Of a stretch of 44,962 nt of DNA, positions 26,339 to 36,253 are shown one piece after another. The first letter of the stretch is position 1, and the number at the start of each line of letters is the position of its first letter. Under the pieces are notes generated by a model that ran no database searches, was not told the origin of the DNA, and saw only the letters and a list, made by a program, of their open reading frames with translations. This DNA comes from a virus (Duplodnaviria; Caudoviricetes): positions 1 to 44,962 of the IMG/VR virus record IMGVR_UViG_3300022822_000003; one strand, 5' to 3'. Both the position numbers and the translations under genes were made by a program.

Positions 26339-27807
26339 AGACATTTAGCGAAGCAGATATCGAGTATCAGCTCGAAGATCAGTGTGCGAAGTTTAGACAT
26401 AAGCCGTTGCACTACTCGATGTGGGCATTTCCTTGGTCCGAAAAAGGGACAGTGCTGGAGCGGCACCCAGGGCCGAGAGCCTGGCAGTCTGACATACTCA
26501 AAGGTATGGAAGCGCATCTATCAGATCCAGCGACCCGGTTCGATCCGTTAGGCATTGCAGTGTCAAGTGGGCACGGTGTGGGTAAGTCAGCGCTCATCGG
26601 GATGGTCGTGGACTGGGGCATGTCGACTTGCGCAGATTGCCGCATCGTGTTGACCTCTAACACAGAGGGTCAGTTACGCACGAAGACAGCACCCGAAGTA
26701 TTGAAGTGGCACAACCTGTCGATGACTTCGCACTGGTTCAATGAATCATCGATGTCGATCTACAGTAATGAGAAGGACCACGACAAAGCTTGGAGAGCTG
26801 ACTTCATCCCGTGGAGTATTTCAAAGCCCGAGTCATTTGCGGGCACGCACAATCAGGGGAAGCGCATCATCATTGTGATGGATGAGGCCTCGGCCATCGA
26901 TGACGTAATCTGGGAGGTAACGGAGGGCGCACTGACCGACACCGAGACCGAGATCATCTGGATCGTGTTTGGTAACCCAACCCGGGCGACCGGCAGGTTC
27001 CGAGAGTGCTGGCGCAAATTCTCAAAGTTTTGGAAGATCCGGCTCAAGGTTGACAGCCGAGATGTCGAAGGCACCAACAAAAAGATGTTCGCCCAGTGGG
27101 CGGAGCAATACGGCATCGACAGCGACTTCTTCAAAGTCAGAGTCAGAGGGGAGTTCCCTATACAGTCTGCCATGCAGTTCATCAGCCAAACTGCGGTTGA
27201 CGATGCACGCGCTAAGCATTTACGCAAAGAGCAGTACAACTTCGCACCCGTCATCCTGACCTGTGACCCGGCTTGGACCGGGGATGATGAGCTCGTCATC
27301 GCCAAGCGCCAAGGCTTGCACTTTGAGATCCTCGAGCGGATACCTTACAACGACAACGACGTGCTGATTGCCCAGAAGCTAATCGCGTATGAGACGAAGT
27401 ACCGCGCAGCCCAAGTGTTCATCGATGCGGGTTACGGCCAAGGCATCTACAGCGCGGGCAAGACGATGGGCAGCATCTGGCGCATGGTCTGGTTCAGCGC
27501 CAAGGCGGGGCGAACTGACTGCCTGAACAAACGTGCCGAGATGTTCGTGCTCGCGAAAGAGTGGCTCGCCGAAGGCGGCGCGATCCCCAATTTAGATGAG
27601 TTGGCGGAAGAGATGTTGTGCATCGAGATGATGCCGACGATGGACGGCAAGTACAAGTTTGCGCCCAAGGACGCGGTTAAGATTCTGATTGGTCGATCAC
27701 CCAACCTGTGGGATTCACTCTGCTTGAGCTTTGCCTACCCGGTTCGCTCTGACATCACAGCCACTAAGCCTACGTTCGCGATATCTGACTACGATCCTTT
27801 CGCTTAG
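26335..27807 (+). CDS. terL: Terminase large subunit
   Basis: P..WQ, SGHGVGKS, MDEAS.I, GNP, G.FP, CDPA..G.D, RSP...D. Confidence 0.95.
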   Translation: MKTFSEADIEYQLEDQCAKFRHKPLHYSMWAFPWSEKGTVLERHPGPRAWQSDILKGMEAHLSDPATRFDPLGIAVSSGHGVGKSALIGMVVDWGMSTCADCRIVLTSNTEGQLRTKTAPEVLKWHNLSMTSHWFNESSMSIYSNEKDHDKAWRADFIPWSISKPESFAGTHNQGKRIIIVMDEASAIDDVIWEVTEGALTDTETEIIWIVFGNPTRATGRFRECWRKFSKFWKIRLKVDSRDVEGTNKKMFAQWAEQYGIDSDFFKVRVRGEFPIQSAMQFISQTAVDDARAKHLRKEQYNFAPVILTCDPAWTGDDELVIAKRQGLHFEILERIPYNDNDVLIAQKLIAYETKYRAAQVFIDAGYGQGIYSAGKTMGSIWRMVWFSAKAGRTDCLNKRAEMFVLAKEWLAEGGAIPNLDELAEEMLCIEMMPTMDGKYKFAPKDAVKILIGRSPNLWDSLCLSFAYPVRSDITATKPTFAISDYDPFA

Positions 27808-27813
27808 CAACCT

Positions 27814-27844
27814 ACGCTGAACGAGAAGAGCCTTGGTTTATTAT
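27814..27844 (+). promoter_or_regulatory. Putative late promoter ACGCTGAACG-N15-TATTAT
   Basis: Intergenic, at the head of the virion operon; matches 7598 and 36014. Confidence 0.65.
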
Positions 27845-27874
27845 GTGCGAATTAATAAATCTAGGACTAGGAAT

Positions 27875-28354
27875 ATGTGTGGAGGACCAGGCGATGGCGA
27901 GAGCGAGAGCGAGGACACGCCAACCGGCCCAGGCCCTGGCGGTGAACCCGGTAACGCAGAGGCAGCCAGTGGTAATAGTGGCGGTGGCAGCAGCAGCAGC
28001 AGCAGCCTGGAGACCAATAGTGTGACACAAACGGACACGCCAACAGGCCCAGGCCCTGGTGGTGAACCCGGTAACGCAGATGCCGCCAGTGGTAATAGCG
28101 GTGGCGGTGATGGCGGTGGCAGTGGTTATAGCGGTGGCGGTGATGGCGGTGATGGACCGCATTCACCAGCAACGGAGCCCTTAAACCCTAACAGCACTAC
28201 AGCAACAACAGAGGCAGCGACTTCAAAAAGTTCAAGAGGTCAGATGGACAGCCTTATCGGAGATGTCAGTCTTCGTAACCGCAATCGTACCCTGCTCGGC
28301 CCACTCGGTTTACCCGGTGACAACGTCAAAGCAACACTGCTCGGAGCTAGTTAA
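27875..28354 (+). CDS. Small Gly/Ser-rich virion-associated protein (MCGG...TLLG)
   Basis: AGGA RBS before ATG 27875; C-terminal TLLG typical of pre-portal proteins; internal ~66-bp duplication (27913 and 28033). Confidence 0.75.
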   Translation: MCGGPGDGESESEDTPTGPGPGGEPGNAEAASGNSGGGSSSSSSLETNSVTQTDTPTGPGPGGEPGNADAASGNSGGGDGGGSGYSGGGDGGDGPHSPATEPLNPNSTTATTEAATSKSSRGQMDSLIGDVSLRNRNRTLLGPLGLPGDNVKATLLGAS

Positions 28355-28356
28355 TC

Positions 28357-28563
28357 ATGTGCATCATGTCTAAACCAAACATACCTGCACCAATCCCGCC
28401 TCCTAAAGCCGCGTCAGCACCCGAGACGCAAGAGGCTGCAAGACTCAGAGCGGAGCGCAAAGCTGAGAACAATACGGGACGAAGGTCAACGATGCTGACT
28501 GGACCCCGTGGCGCGAGTAGCAATGCGAGTAGCAATGCGAGTAGCAATGCGAGTAGCGACTAA
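28357..28563 (+). CDS. Small pre-portal virion protein (T7 gp6.7/7.3-like position)
   Basis: MC...P.IP...GRRST.LTG; 12-nt repeat encoding ASSN at 28513-28557. Confidence 0.75.
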   Translation: MCIMSKPNIPAPIPPPKAASAPETQEAARLRAERKAENNTGRRSTMLTGPRGASSNASSNASSNASSD

Positions 28564-30218
28564 TGCCACAGGAGTCATTACGCACCCATCTTGAAGCAGT
28601 TAGGGCAGGCCTCGACACAGACTTCCAGCTCTACCGATCAAGGTGGATGGACATCCAAGAATTCGTAGCGCCGAGGCGGGGGCACTTCCTTCGCAAAAAC
28701 CGAAATGCACCGGCATCCTTCACGTCGATCATGGATAACACTGCGGGCTTGGCGTTAAGAACATTGCAGTCTGGCATGATGGCGGGCATCAGCTCCCCGG
28801 CACGCCCTTGGTTTCGACTAACACTTGGCGACAAAGGCTTAGCCGAGTCGCGAGAAGTGAAACCCTGGCTGCATCACGTTCGAGATAAGATGCTGGGCAT
28901 CTTCTCGAGTTCCAATGTTTATAACAGTTTGCACATATTGTATGGCGAGCTAGGTGCCTTTGGCACATCAGCCATCATGCCCCTATTTGATTTTGAAGAC
29001 GTGGTCCGCTCCTACAATCTTAGCCTCGGCAGCTATAAAGTGGGCACCAACCACCGGGGTGTCGTAGACCTAATTGTGCGTGAGTTCCCCATGACAGCAA
29101 AACAGCTGATTGGTGAATTCGGCAAAAAGAATGTCAGTGCCGTCGTACTAAAAGCTTGGGAAGACGGCAGTTACAATACAGAGTTCACTGTCATCCACCA
29201 CATCCTCCCGAACGAAAATCGTATTGTGCATAGCATGAACTCGGGCAACAAACCCTTTAGTTCTATCTATTACGAAGAGGGTGAAAAGGACAACCAGTAC
29301 CTGCGCATCGCTGGGTTCGATACCTTCCCTGCAATGGTCCCCCGCTGGGAGATCAAGGCAGAAGAGCACTATGGTTCGGGTCCAGGTGACTTTTCACTCG
29401 GTGACGTTAAGCAGTTACAGATCCAGCAAAAGCGTAAAGCACAAGGCATTGATAAAATGGTCAACCCCCCAATGCAGGCGCCAAGCTCACTCGCTAACAC
29501 CCCTATCAACTCACTACCGGGCGGCGTCAGCTTCTACGATGAGACGACAGGCGCTACCGGCATCCGACCCACTTATGAAGTCAACCCGCACTTAGGCGAG
29601 TTGAGAGAAGACATCAACGAGACGCAACAGCGAATCAGCAAAGCATACTACGAGGATCTGTTCCTCATGTTAGCTAATTCTGACCGTCGTCAGATAACCG
29701 CTAGAGAGATCGAGGAGCGCCATGAAGAGAAGCTCTTAATGCTAGGCCCTGTCCTCGAGCGCCTTCATGATGAGCTCCTCGACCCTCTTATCGACCGGAC
29801 TTTTGCGATCTGCTTGGAAAAAGGGGTGTTCCCCGATATTCCGCAGGCACTCGAAGGTCAAGAGATTAAAGTCGAGTACATATCGCTACTTGCTCAAGCA
29901 CAGAAAGCCGTGGGCACGGCCAGCATCGAGCGAGCCTTTGCCTTCACTGGCAACATGGTCTCAATCTACCCCGAAGCCCGGCACAAGCTTGATGCCACTA
30001 AGGCTGTCAGCTCATACGCGGACATGCTTGGTGTACCTCCTGAGATCATACGCTCCGACGAAGAAGTCGCAGAGCGCGTGCAGGCTGATCAACAAGCACA
30101 GCAACAAGCACAGCAACAAGAGCAGGTCACACAAGGTGCCGCCAACGCGAAGGTGCTTAGTGAGACTGATGCGGGCAACGGCGCGAACGCACTCCAAGAA
30201 GTCATTGGGGGGCTCTAG
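28563..30218 (+). CDS. Portal (head-tail connector), BPP-1/T7-like
   Basis: SPARPWF.L, FGT, PRW.....YG.GP, TA.EI.ER.EEKL..LGPVLERL..E.L.PLI. Confidence 0.95.
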   Translation: MPQESLRTHLEAVRAGLDTDFQLYRSRWMDIQEFVAPRRGHFLRKNRNAPASFTSIMDNTAGLALRTLQSGMMAGISSPARPWFRLTLGDKGLAESREVKPWLHHVRDKMLGIFSSSNVYNSLHILYGELGAFGTSAIMPLFDFEDVVRSYNLSLGSYKVGTNHRGVVDLIVREFPMTAKQLIGEFGKKNVSAVVLKAWEDGSYNTEFTVIHHILPNENRIVHSMNSGNKPFSSIYYEEGEKDNQYLRIAGFDTFPAMVPRWEIKAEEHYGSGPGDFSLGDVKQLQIQQKRKAQGIDKMVNPPMQAPSSLANTPINSLPGGVSFYDETTGATGIRPTYEVNPHLGELREDINETQQRISKAYYEDLFLMLANSDRRQITAREIEERHEEKLLMLGPVLERLHDELLDPLIDRTFAICLEKGVFPDIPQALEGQEIKVEYISLLAQAQKAVGTASIERAFAFTGNMVSIYPEARHKLDATKAVSSYADMLGVPPEIIRSDEEVAERVQADQQAQQQAQQQEQVTQGAANAKVLSETDAGNGANALQEVIGGL

Positions 30219-30502
30219 TGGCGAGCGGCATCTTAGAAGGACAATTGAGTGGAGTTGGTGCGTCTGAAGCGGTAACGCTTGGACCCAAGACGCCTTTCAA
30301 TCTGTCCCTATCAGGTGTTGATGGCACCTATGTCATCGAGCGTTCGTTTGATGAGGGCGCTACCTGGATGGTTGTGGGCACCGCGACGAAAGATTATGAA
30401 GGCGTGGGGTATGAGCCTGAAGCAAAAACCCTGTACCACATCAAATGCACTTCATACACCTCAGGCCCAATGACTTTTCGGATTGGGACTCGGATGTCAT
30501 GA
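30218..30502 (+). CDS. Small beta-sandwich protein, probably structural
   Basis: Alternating beta pattern with ERS.D.G.TW; coupled to the portal stop. Confidence 0.7.
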   Translation: MASGILEGQLSGVGASEAVTLGPKTPFNLSLSGVDGTYVIERSFDEGATWMVVGTATKDYEGVGYEPEAKTLYHIKCTSYTSGPMTFRIGTRMS

Positions 30503-30906
30503 ACGCCTGGCTCATGAGACAAGTGTATAAAACTCACGTCGCAGGCACTCTGATCTTCGAGTCTGGTGATGTGTTCAACATGCTGGAGAGACCGTGGCTA
30601 AACAACCGAAGCAACGTGTCGTGTATACCGTGGGGGACCTACGAGACTTTCTTTCTACCGCGGTCCGGCAGCGGGAAATACCGAAAAGTATGGCACCTAC
30701 AGAATGTGAAAAGCAGATCAGGCGTTTTGATTCACAGCGGCAACCTAGTCAGTCACTCGAGAGGGTGTCTCTTGGTAGGGACAAAGATGGGCGTGCTCGG
30801 TGGGCAACCCGCAGTGCTTGGCTCAAAGACAGCACTCAGAAAGATGAACGCATTATTAAAAGGTGACGGGTTCACTCTTAACATAGTCGGAGAAGCACCA
30901 TGTTAG
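30499..30906 (+). CDS. DUF5675-like protein, candidate endolysin (His/Cys peptidase)
   Basis: LE.PW..N....SCIP.G.Y, R.G.LIH.GN....S.GC.LVG; adjacent to holin-like genes; start at 30499. Confidence 0.8.
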   Translation: MNAWLMRQVYKTHVAGTLIFESGDVFNMLERPWLNNRSNVSCIPWGTYETFFLPRSGSGKYRKVWHLQNVKSRSGVLIHSGNLVSHSRGCLLVGTKMGVLGGQPAVLGSKTALRKMNALLKGDGFTLNIVGEAPC

Positions 30907-31418
30907 ACGCGATTTTAGGTATAGCGAGCTCATCAGGATTAGGAGCGGTAGTGGGTTTAGTGGGGTCGTTCCTCGCTAAGCGTGAGCAACGCAAGCTCGA
31001 TGAGATGAACAACACACATGAGCTATCCATGTCCAAGCTTGACATGGAGCGTGATGCAGCTGAGTCAACACAAGCGTTGGCAATGGCGGACAAACAGATC
31101 GAGCAGTCGCAGGCTGAAGCCGAGATAGCCAGTGAAGTATCCGCCGGTGAAGCCTTTACGGCATCCCAACAGCTTGCAGGGCAGAAGTCAGGAGTCGCTT
31201 GGGTGGATGCACTACGGTCCCTAATGCGACCACTAATTACTATTTACCTCCTCATGGTGGTTACCTATATAACTTACAACATACACCAGATACTAAATGG
31301 GGTTGAGTCAATCCCCCTAGCAGATCTCTATGCCCTATATAGCCACATCATTAACCAAACAGTTTTTCTGGCGGTGACAGCCGTTCTATGGTGGTTCGGT
31401 AGTCGAGGCTCAAAGTAA
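30900..31418 (+). CDS. Holin-like membrane protein (3TM/GTA-holin type)
   Basis: N-terminal TM, coiled coil, RP.IT followed by a TM, C-terminal TM ending WWFGSR. Confidence 0.75.
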   Translation: MLDAILGIASSSGLGAVVGLVGSFLAKREQRKLDEMNNTHELSMSKLDMERDAAESTQALAMADKQIEQSQAEAEIASEVSAGEAFTASQQLAGQKSGVAWVDALRSLMRPLITIYLLMVVTYITYNIHQILNGVESIPLADLYALYSHIINQTVFLAVTAVLWWFGSRGSK

Positions 31419-31603
31419 TGAGCGATGCACTCATAGCGCAAGTAGCCACCAAAATCACTTACGCATCTGCGGGTAGCACCGTTGTTTTTGGGTTAAATGT
31501 CCATCAATGGGGGATCGTTGGCGTGATTGTCGGTATTGCTATCACGGCTGGCATGGCCGCTTTTAACATCTGGTTTCGAATGAAGTACCAGCGAGGTGAA
31601 TAA
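31418..31603 (+). CDS. Small holin (HP1-like)
   Basis: TY.......G....W...G...G.......N.WF with a basic tail. Confidence 0.7.
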   Translation: MSDALIAQVATKITYASAGSTVVFGLNVHQWGIVGVIVGIAITAGMAAFNIWFRMKYQRGE

Positions 31604-31608
31604 CTAAG

Positions 31609-33894
31609 ATGCCTCGCGTAGTTAATACCAAGCCAGATAATGAAAATACATCCTCGGGAACCTTTATTGTTGAGCTGCCCGAGCATGAAGAAAACGACCT
31701 GATTCTTATATTGGCAGGTGGCGACAATCGAAATTCAGTTTTTACGGCCACTGCTGGCTGGACCAAGATAGATGATATAACGGAGGAGGGAACAGGGCTA
31801 TCAACTGCTGGCTGGTGGAAGGTAGCAGGGGCAAGCGAGGCTAGCCCTACCCTAACTGCTGCATCAGGTGACTGTAAGTGGGTTTCTTGCGTTTTTGTAG
31901 TAAAGGGCTTTGATAATAGTAGTGGTAACCCTATTGATTCTTCAAGAGCCGCATCAGGTGGTGACGCGGATGAGCCTGCTCCCGGACTAACAACCTCAAC
32001 CAATGATTGTCTGATATTACAATTCTTACATGGACAGTACTCTAGCCGAACCCATGTCGCGACTAACACTTCAGCTTTGTTTTTATCTTACTCTGAGAGC
32101 GACAGATCAAGTTTGGCTTCTTATTGGAGTTATGAAGAAACCGCAGGAGTAACTGGTGATGTATTGTGGATTGATAGCTACAGGAGTAATAAATCTTTTG
32201 GTACTATAGCGATAAAAGATGATGGTTCGGCTAACAGGCCAGAGTACATAGACCCAGATGTAATAACTAATAGTCTACTCTCTGTTGGTATAAACATGGG
32301 CGGTAATACTTTCCCTTACGGCACAGACGATCAAGATGCTGATGATCATATAACAACGATTGACGGTAAGACGGTTGACCCTATTACCACGACTTGGGGC
32401 AACACTTCAGCTATCGGGGTATACCCTTGGTTTGCTGGGGGAACATTAAATGAAACAAATGGCACTGACGGCAGACTATATGGAGGCACACTTAAACCAA
32501 CCACCCCCTACGATTTTTCTGATGGTTACTTTGCCTGCATCATGCAGCAATATTTTCCAACTTCTGGCTACGATAAAGAGCAAGGTGGTATTGTAATTGC
32601 ATTTTTAGATTCTTCCGATAATTGGAGGGCTTACACTGCTGCGGTGACAGAGGGTGGGTTAAATCTTTATACTCAAAAACCTATTGTTGTTGATCTAGGT
32701 TCCAACACTGAGCTATTAGATTCCAGTGGAACACTAGACGTGTCTGATATAGATAGAGTCTGTCTTTTCCTTTCGCATAATTATAATTCAGGCATGTCTT
32801 TTTCTAGTTTTACTAAAGTGCGTACTGTTGTTGGTGCTATTTTAGGGGGAAACGCAACTACCCCTGCAACTTACAAAGCTCTTAATGATATTGGACCTTC
32901 TAACCAACACATACTCTTTCAAAACGCAGGCAACCAAGGATTTAACCAGTTTGTATCTTTCATGCCTGTCAAAGTGGGTAACGGAACTGATACGGTAAAT
33001 TTTAACGCTAATGGTTCAGCCTTGTCATTCGGTAAAAAATCCGTTAGATCAGAAAACTTTTTTCAGTGCGCTATCGATGATAACCATTTTGGTTTGGAGT
33101 TGTATGGCGTTGCTGGGGATACAATAAAATTACCTAACTCATCAGTAGGTTCTTCTCACCCTTTTTACTTCAGAATTCATGTTGACTCTACAGCTTCCGC
33201 ATCTTGGGGGTTTTCTTCATTTTTAATTAATGGTGCAGGAGAGGTGACTCTTAGAGATATTGGTAATGTGTATGGTGGGTTACTGATAACTAACAGTGCT
33301 CAAGTAGGCACTAATGGTGCGGACTTGACTGGGGGCGTGACAATATCCTCAGTTAAGTCTGGGGAGACTGCTTCTGTTGAGGCTGTTACTAGTGAGGCTG
33401 ACCTCTTAAGATTAAAAAATTGCATGTTTAATAGCAATACAAATGCTCCTGCGATTATCATCACGGGCAACCAGTCTGGTACTTGGGCAACTGACCCGAA
33501 CTTAACAATGTCTGGGAATACTATTGATATTAAATACACAGGCACTACAGACTTCACGATTAGCTCCGCAGTTTCTTTATCAGTTGAAAACACTGAGGCT
33601 GAAGCAGCTGGCAATACAGGGCTAACAATAGAAACCCCAGAACTAGCAGTCACCCTCACAGGACTACAGACGGGAACAGACGTTGTTATTTTAACTGCCG
33701 GAACAGACACCGTTTTAGATAGCGTTGATCAAACAGCAGGATCGACTTTTGCTTATGTGTATTCCACTCAAGATGCGATTGATATCGGCATTATAAAAGC
33801 AGGCTTTGTCACCCAATACATCTATAACTTCACCCCGGGAGCCACTAGCGCAAACCTCCCTATTAAGCAACTCACTGACAGGAATTATGTATGA
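31609..33894 (+). CDS. Large beta-rich putative structural or receptor-binding protein (761 aa)
   Basis: Thr/Gly/Ser/Asn-rich, AT-rich central part, C-terminal domain ending DRNYV. Confidence 0.75.
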   Translation: MPRVVNTKPDNENTSSGTFIVELPEHEENDLILILAGGDNRNSVFTATAGWTKIDDITEEGTGLSTAGWWKVAGASEASPTLTAASGDCKWVSCVFVVKGFDNSSGNPIDSSRAASGGDADEPAPGLTTSTNDCLILQFLHGQYSSRTHVATNTSALFLSYSESDRSSLASYWSYEETAGVTGDVLWIDSYRSNKSFGTIAIKDDGSANRPEYIDPDVITNSLLSVGINMGGNTFPYGTDDQDADDHITTIDGKTVDPITTTWGNTSAIGVYPWFAGGTLNETNGTDGRLYGGTLKPTTPYDFSDGYFACIMQQYFPTSGYDKEQGGIVIAFLDSSDNWRAYTAAVTEGGLNLYTQKPIVVDLGSNTELLDSSGTLDVSDIDRVCLFLSHNYNSGMSFSSFTKVRTVVGAILGGNATTPATYKALNDIGPSNQHILFQNAGNQGFNQFVSFMPVKVGNGTDTVNFNANGSALSFGKKSVRSENFFQCAIDDNHFGLELYGVAGDTIKLPNSSVGSSHPFYFRIHVDSTASASWGFSSFLINGAGEVTLRDIGNVYGGLLITNSAQVGTNGADLTGGVTISSVKSGETASVEAVTSEADLLRLKNCMFNSNTNAPAIIITGNQSGTWATDPNLTMSGNTIDIKYTGTTDFTISSAVSLSVENTEAEAAGNTGLTIETPELAVTLTGLQTGTDVVILTAGTDTVLDSVDQTAGSTFAYVYSTQDAIDIGIIKAGFVTQYIYNFTPGATSANLPIKQLTDRNYV

Positions 33895-34076
33895 CATTGC
33901 GGCGAGTAAAAGAAACGACTGATGGTAAGTACGTCGGGCTTATCTTCGACGACACCCAGCCATTTCTTAGCCCGGATGGCATCCTTTTCCGACCAACGAA
34001 AGTGCAAGACCTTGGAGAGGGTTTGGTGCGGTATTCAAATTCAAACTATGTGGTACTCACGGAGATATCTGACTAA
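33891..34076 (+). CDS. Small hypothetical protein
   Basis: Translationally coupled on both sides. Confidence 0.7.
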   Translation: MTLRRVKETTDGKYVGLIFDDTQPFLSPDGILFRPTKVQDLGEGLVRYSNSNYVVLTEISD

Positions 34077-35431
34077 TGGCTAAACTAACGGCGCGTTCCA
34101 GCCTGAATGTAGGAACAGAACTCCTGGTGCATGAAGCCAATAAAACAATTGGCCTCGCCGTAGATGGAAATCTAATTGCTAAAGACGGTGTAACGCTTCA
34201 GGCAGTTTACAGTAAGTTAGTAGACTTATGGGCTACCGCTGACTACCAAGACTCACCTTTTCCGATGAATGCTATTGATGCTAAGTCGGGACAGTACCAG
34301 ATTGGCATCGATGCGGGTGGCAACGCGAACGGGTGGACTTGGCTCAACGAGGCTACCCGGTCTTATCTACGCGATGGCGGGTGTGAAGAATACAACGCAG
34401 CCGGTGCATTAGTCGCCGTCGGCACTGGAATAACCGGGCTAGGCTCGCCGAATTCAGGCGCCCAACTCTACTACCAAACGACCTCAACAGGTGCGCCAGT
34501 TAACTTCACCTATGATGATCAAGTCAATGAAATGATTCGGGTCTACACCGATGACAATGGCGACGGTTCTGCCGACTTAGACACCCGCAACTACTTCAAA
34601 GGGTTTGTTCGAGAGCAAGGAAAGAAGTTTAAATCTTCAGTGCTCGGGGAAACAGGGGAGACCAGCACAGGCCCCTACATCGTTAACTTGCTATTGAGTA
34701 ATGAGGATGACTTAAAGATAACAGATGACGATGACCAAATGGGCGTTGCGCCTTATAACAACATCACTTTAACAACCTACGCAACGGACCAAGCTAATAC
34801 GGTTGGCGGCGTTGCCCGTCAGTTTAGAAAAATCGTTGATGGTAATAATGCAACCTTAGAGCAAATCTATACAAAGCTTCAGTACCTACTTCGCCAGGAC
34901 TCTGATATTGATTCATCCGGCTCTCGAACCCTGAATGGCAAGACTGCAGATGTGCTGGCTAATTTTGTGGGGGATACGTTAGTCACAACGACCAGCGTCT
35001 TCATTGACAATACCCAGGCTGCTGACAGTAACCGAATTGATTTTACCGACCAAGGCGGAACCGTGCGAAGAAACTTATACCAAGCCGCGGGTACTCTATT
35101 CTTCAATTCAGTCATGCGAGGCACCGGGTCAAGCTATCGTCTTATGTTTACAACAGGGCCAGGCTCTGGGGACAACTATGGCGAAGCAGGAGCACTGACG
35201 GTTGAAGATGCGGATGGTGCTGGTATCACAGGTGAGATAGCAGCTACGGTCACCTTTAGTTTTGACTACGATGGGGATACGCGGGGCGGAAGTGCTGAGA
35301 CAGATAAACCCGTAACCTTGGTCGGCGTAAAGCCTGATGGCTCTAAATTTGCGGTGGCAACAGGCACACTGACTAGAAGCAAAGTTATAGTGCTGTCACT
35401 TGTGGGTGAAACAGACCGAGCTTATGTGTAA
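34076..35431 (+). CDS. Putative structural protein (451 aa)
   Basis: Beta-rich; GVTLQA.YS.L...W, FPM, RDGG; ends DRAYV. Confidence 0.75.
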   Translation: MAKLTARSSLNVGTELLVHEANKTIGLAVDGNLIAKDGVTLQAVYSKLVDLWATADYQDSPFPMNAIDAKSGQYQIGIDAGGNANGWTWLNEATRSYLRDGGCEEYNAAGALVAVGTGITGLGSPNSGAQLYYQTTSTGAPVNFTYDDQVNEMIRVYTDDNGDGSADLDTRNYFKGFVREQGKKFKSSVLGETGETSTGPYIVNLLLSNEDDLKITDDDDQMGVAPYNNITLTTYATDQANTVGGVARQFRKIVDGNNATLEQIYTKLQYLLRQDSDIDSSGSRTLNGKTADVLANFVGDTLVTTTSVFIDNTQAADSNRIDFTDQGGTVRRNLYQAAGTLFFNSVMRGTGSSYRLMFTTGPGSGDNYGEAGALTVEDADGAGITGEIAATVTFSFDYDGDTRGGSAETDKPVTLVGVKPDGSKFAVATGTLTRSKVIVLSLVGETDRAYV

Positions 35432-35434
35432 CTC

Positions 35435-35941
35435 ATGGCCATCTCGTTCACCGCATCAACGAAAATAATACAGCTAGACTCGTTCACTGTTTCCGCGTCT
35501 GAAATTTGGAGTCGTTGGATTGACTGGGTCGCTACCTCTGATAATGCTAAGTACCTGCCTGCTTTTAGTCAGTTGGGCGGCGTGGCCCCTGTGGCCCTCT
35601 ACATTTTCTGTGAGAACGGATGGAAAGTCCGACCTCAAGAATCCGATGGCATTACCACTATCACCGGCAACTTACTGGTGCAAGGAGGTGGGTCCCCCAT
35701 TGCTGCAACCGTGGGGTCCTTCCAAGTATTAGTAAATCTTGAAACTCCTGTGTCCGCGCAAGCTATTGAAGTGAACACAGGTTCCGCCATCAATAAAGCA
35801 ACGGTTCGCGCAGCGCTGGATGACCAGGGCTACACCACAGTAAGAGCGCCAAAGATCGATGAGATACTGCAAGAAGTCGAAAATATAGAAGGGTCAGGCG
35901 GCTCACTGTCCCCTTTCCTTTTCTCGGTACTAACTAAATGA
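35435..35941 (+). CDS. Putative structural protein (168 aa)
   Basis: I.SRW.DW, PAF...GG, NGW.VRP, GNL; same module as the two preceding genes. Confidence 0.75.
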   Translation: MAISFTASTKIIQLDSFTVSASEIWSRWIDWVATSDNAKYLPAFSQLGGVAPVALYIFCENGWKVRPQESDGITTITGNLLVQGGGSPIAATVGSFQVLVNLETPVSAQAIEVNTGSAINKATVRAALDDQGYTTVRAPKIDEILQEVENIEGSGGSLSPFLFSVLTK

Positions 35942-36249
35942 GTGATAAACCTTACGATTCTGGCAACAAGATACACGTCGAAACAAAGCGCACAAAGCGA
36001 CAGCTCGCAACTGACGCTGAACGTAACCGCCTGTCCTATATAATGTTAGATCCAAAAGGTAGAGCTTTTATGTACGAGCTTTTAACCGAGGCTCATATCT
36101 TTAGGCCGTCATTTAATCCGGAATCGGAGAGAGTAACATGCTTTAAAGAAGGTGAACGAAACGTAGGACTCAGGTACTTAGGGCGCATCCAGTCAGATTT
36201 TCTGGAAGAGTACAACTTAATGCTCGTTGAGCACAATTTGAGGAAATAG
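35938..36249 (+). CDS. Bbp19-like head assembly protein
   Basis: GRAF...L......SF.......F.EG.RNVG; lies before the scaffold. Confidence 0.8.
   Translation: MSDKPYDSGNKIHVETKRTKRQLATDAERNRLSYIMLDPKGRAFMYELLTEAHIFRPSFNPESERVTCFKEGERNVGLRYLGRIQSDFLEEYNLMLVEHNLRK
36014..36044 (+). promoter_or_regulatory. Putative late promoter ACGCTGAACG-N15-TATAAT (intragenic, upstream of scaffold and capsid)
   Basis: Perfect TATAAT at the same spacing as the other two copies. Confidence 0.65.
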
Positions 36250-36253
36250 ATTA

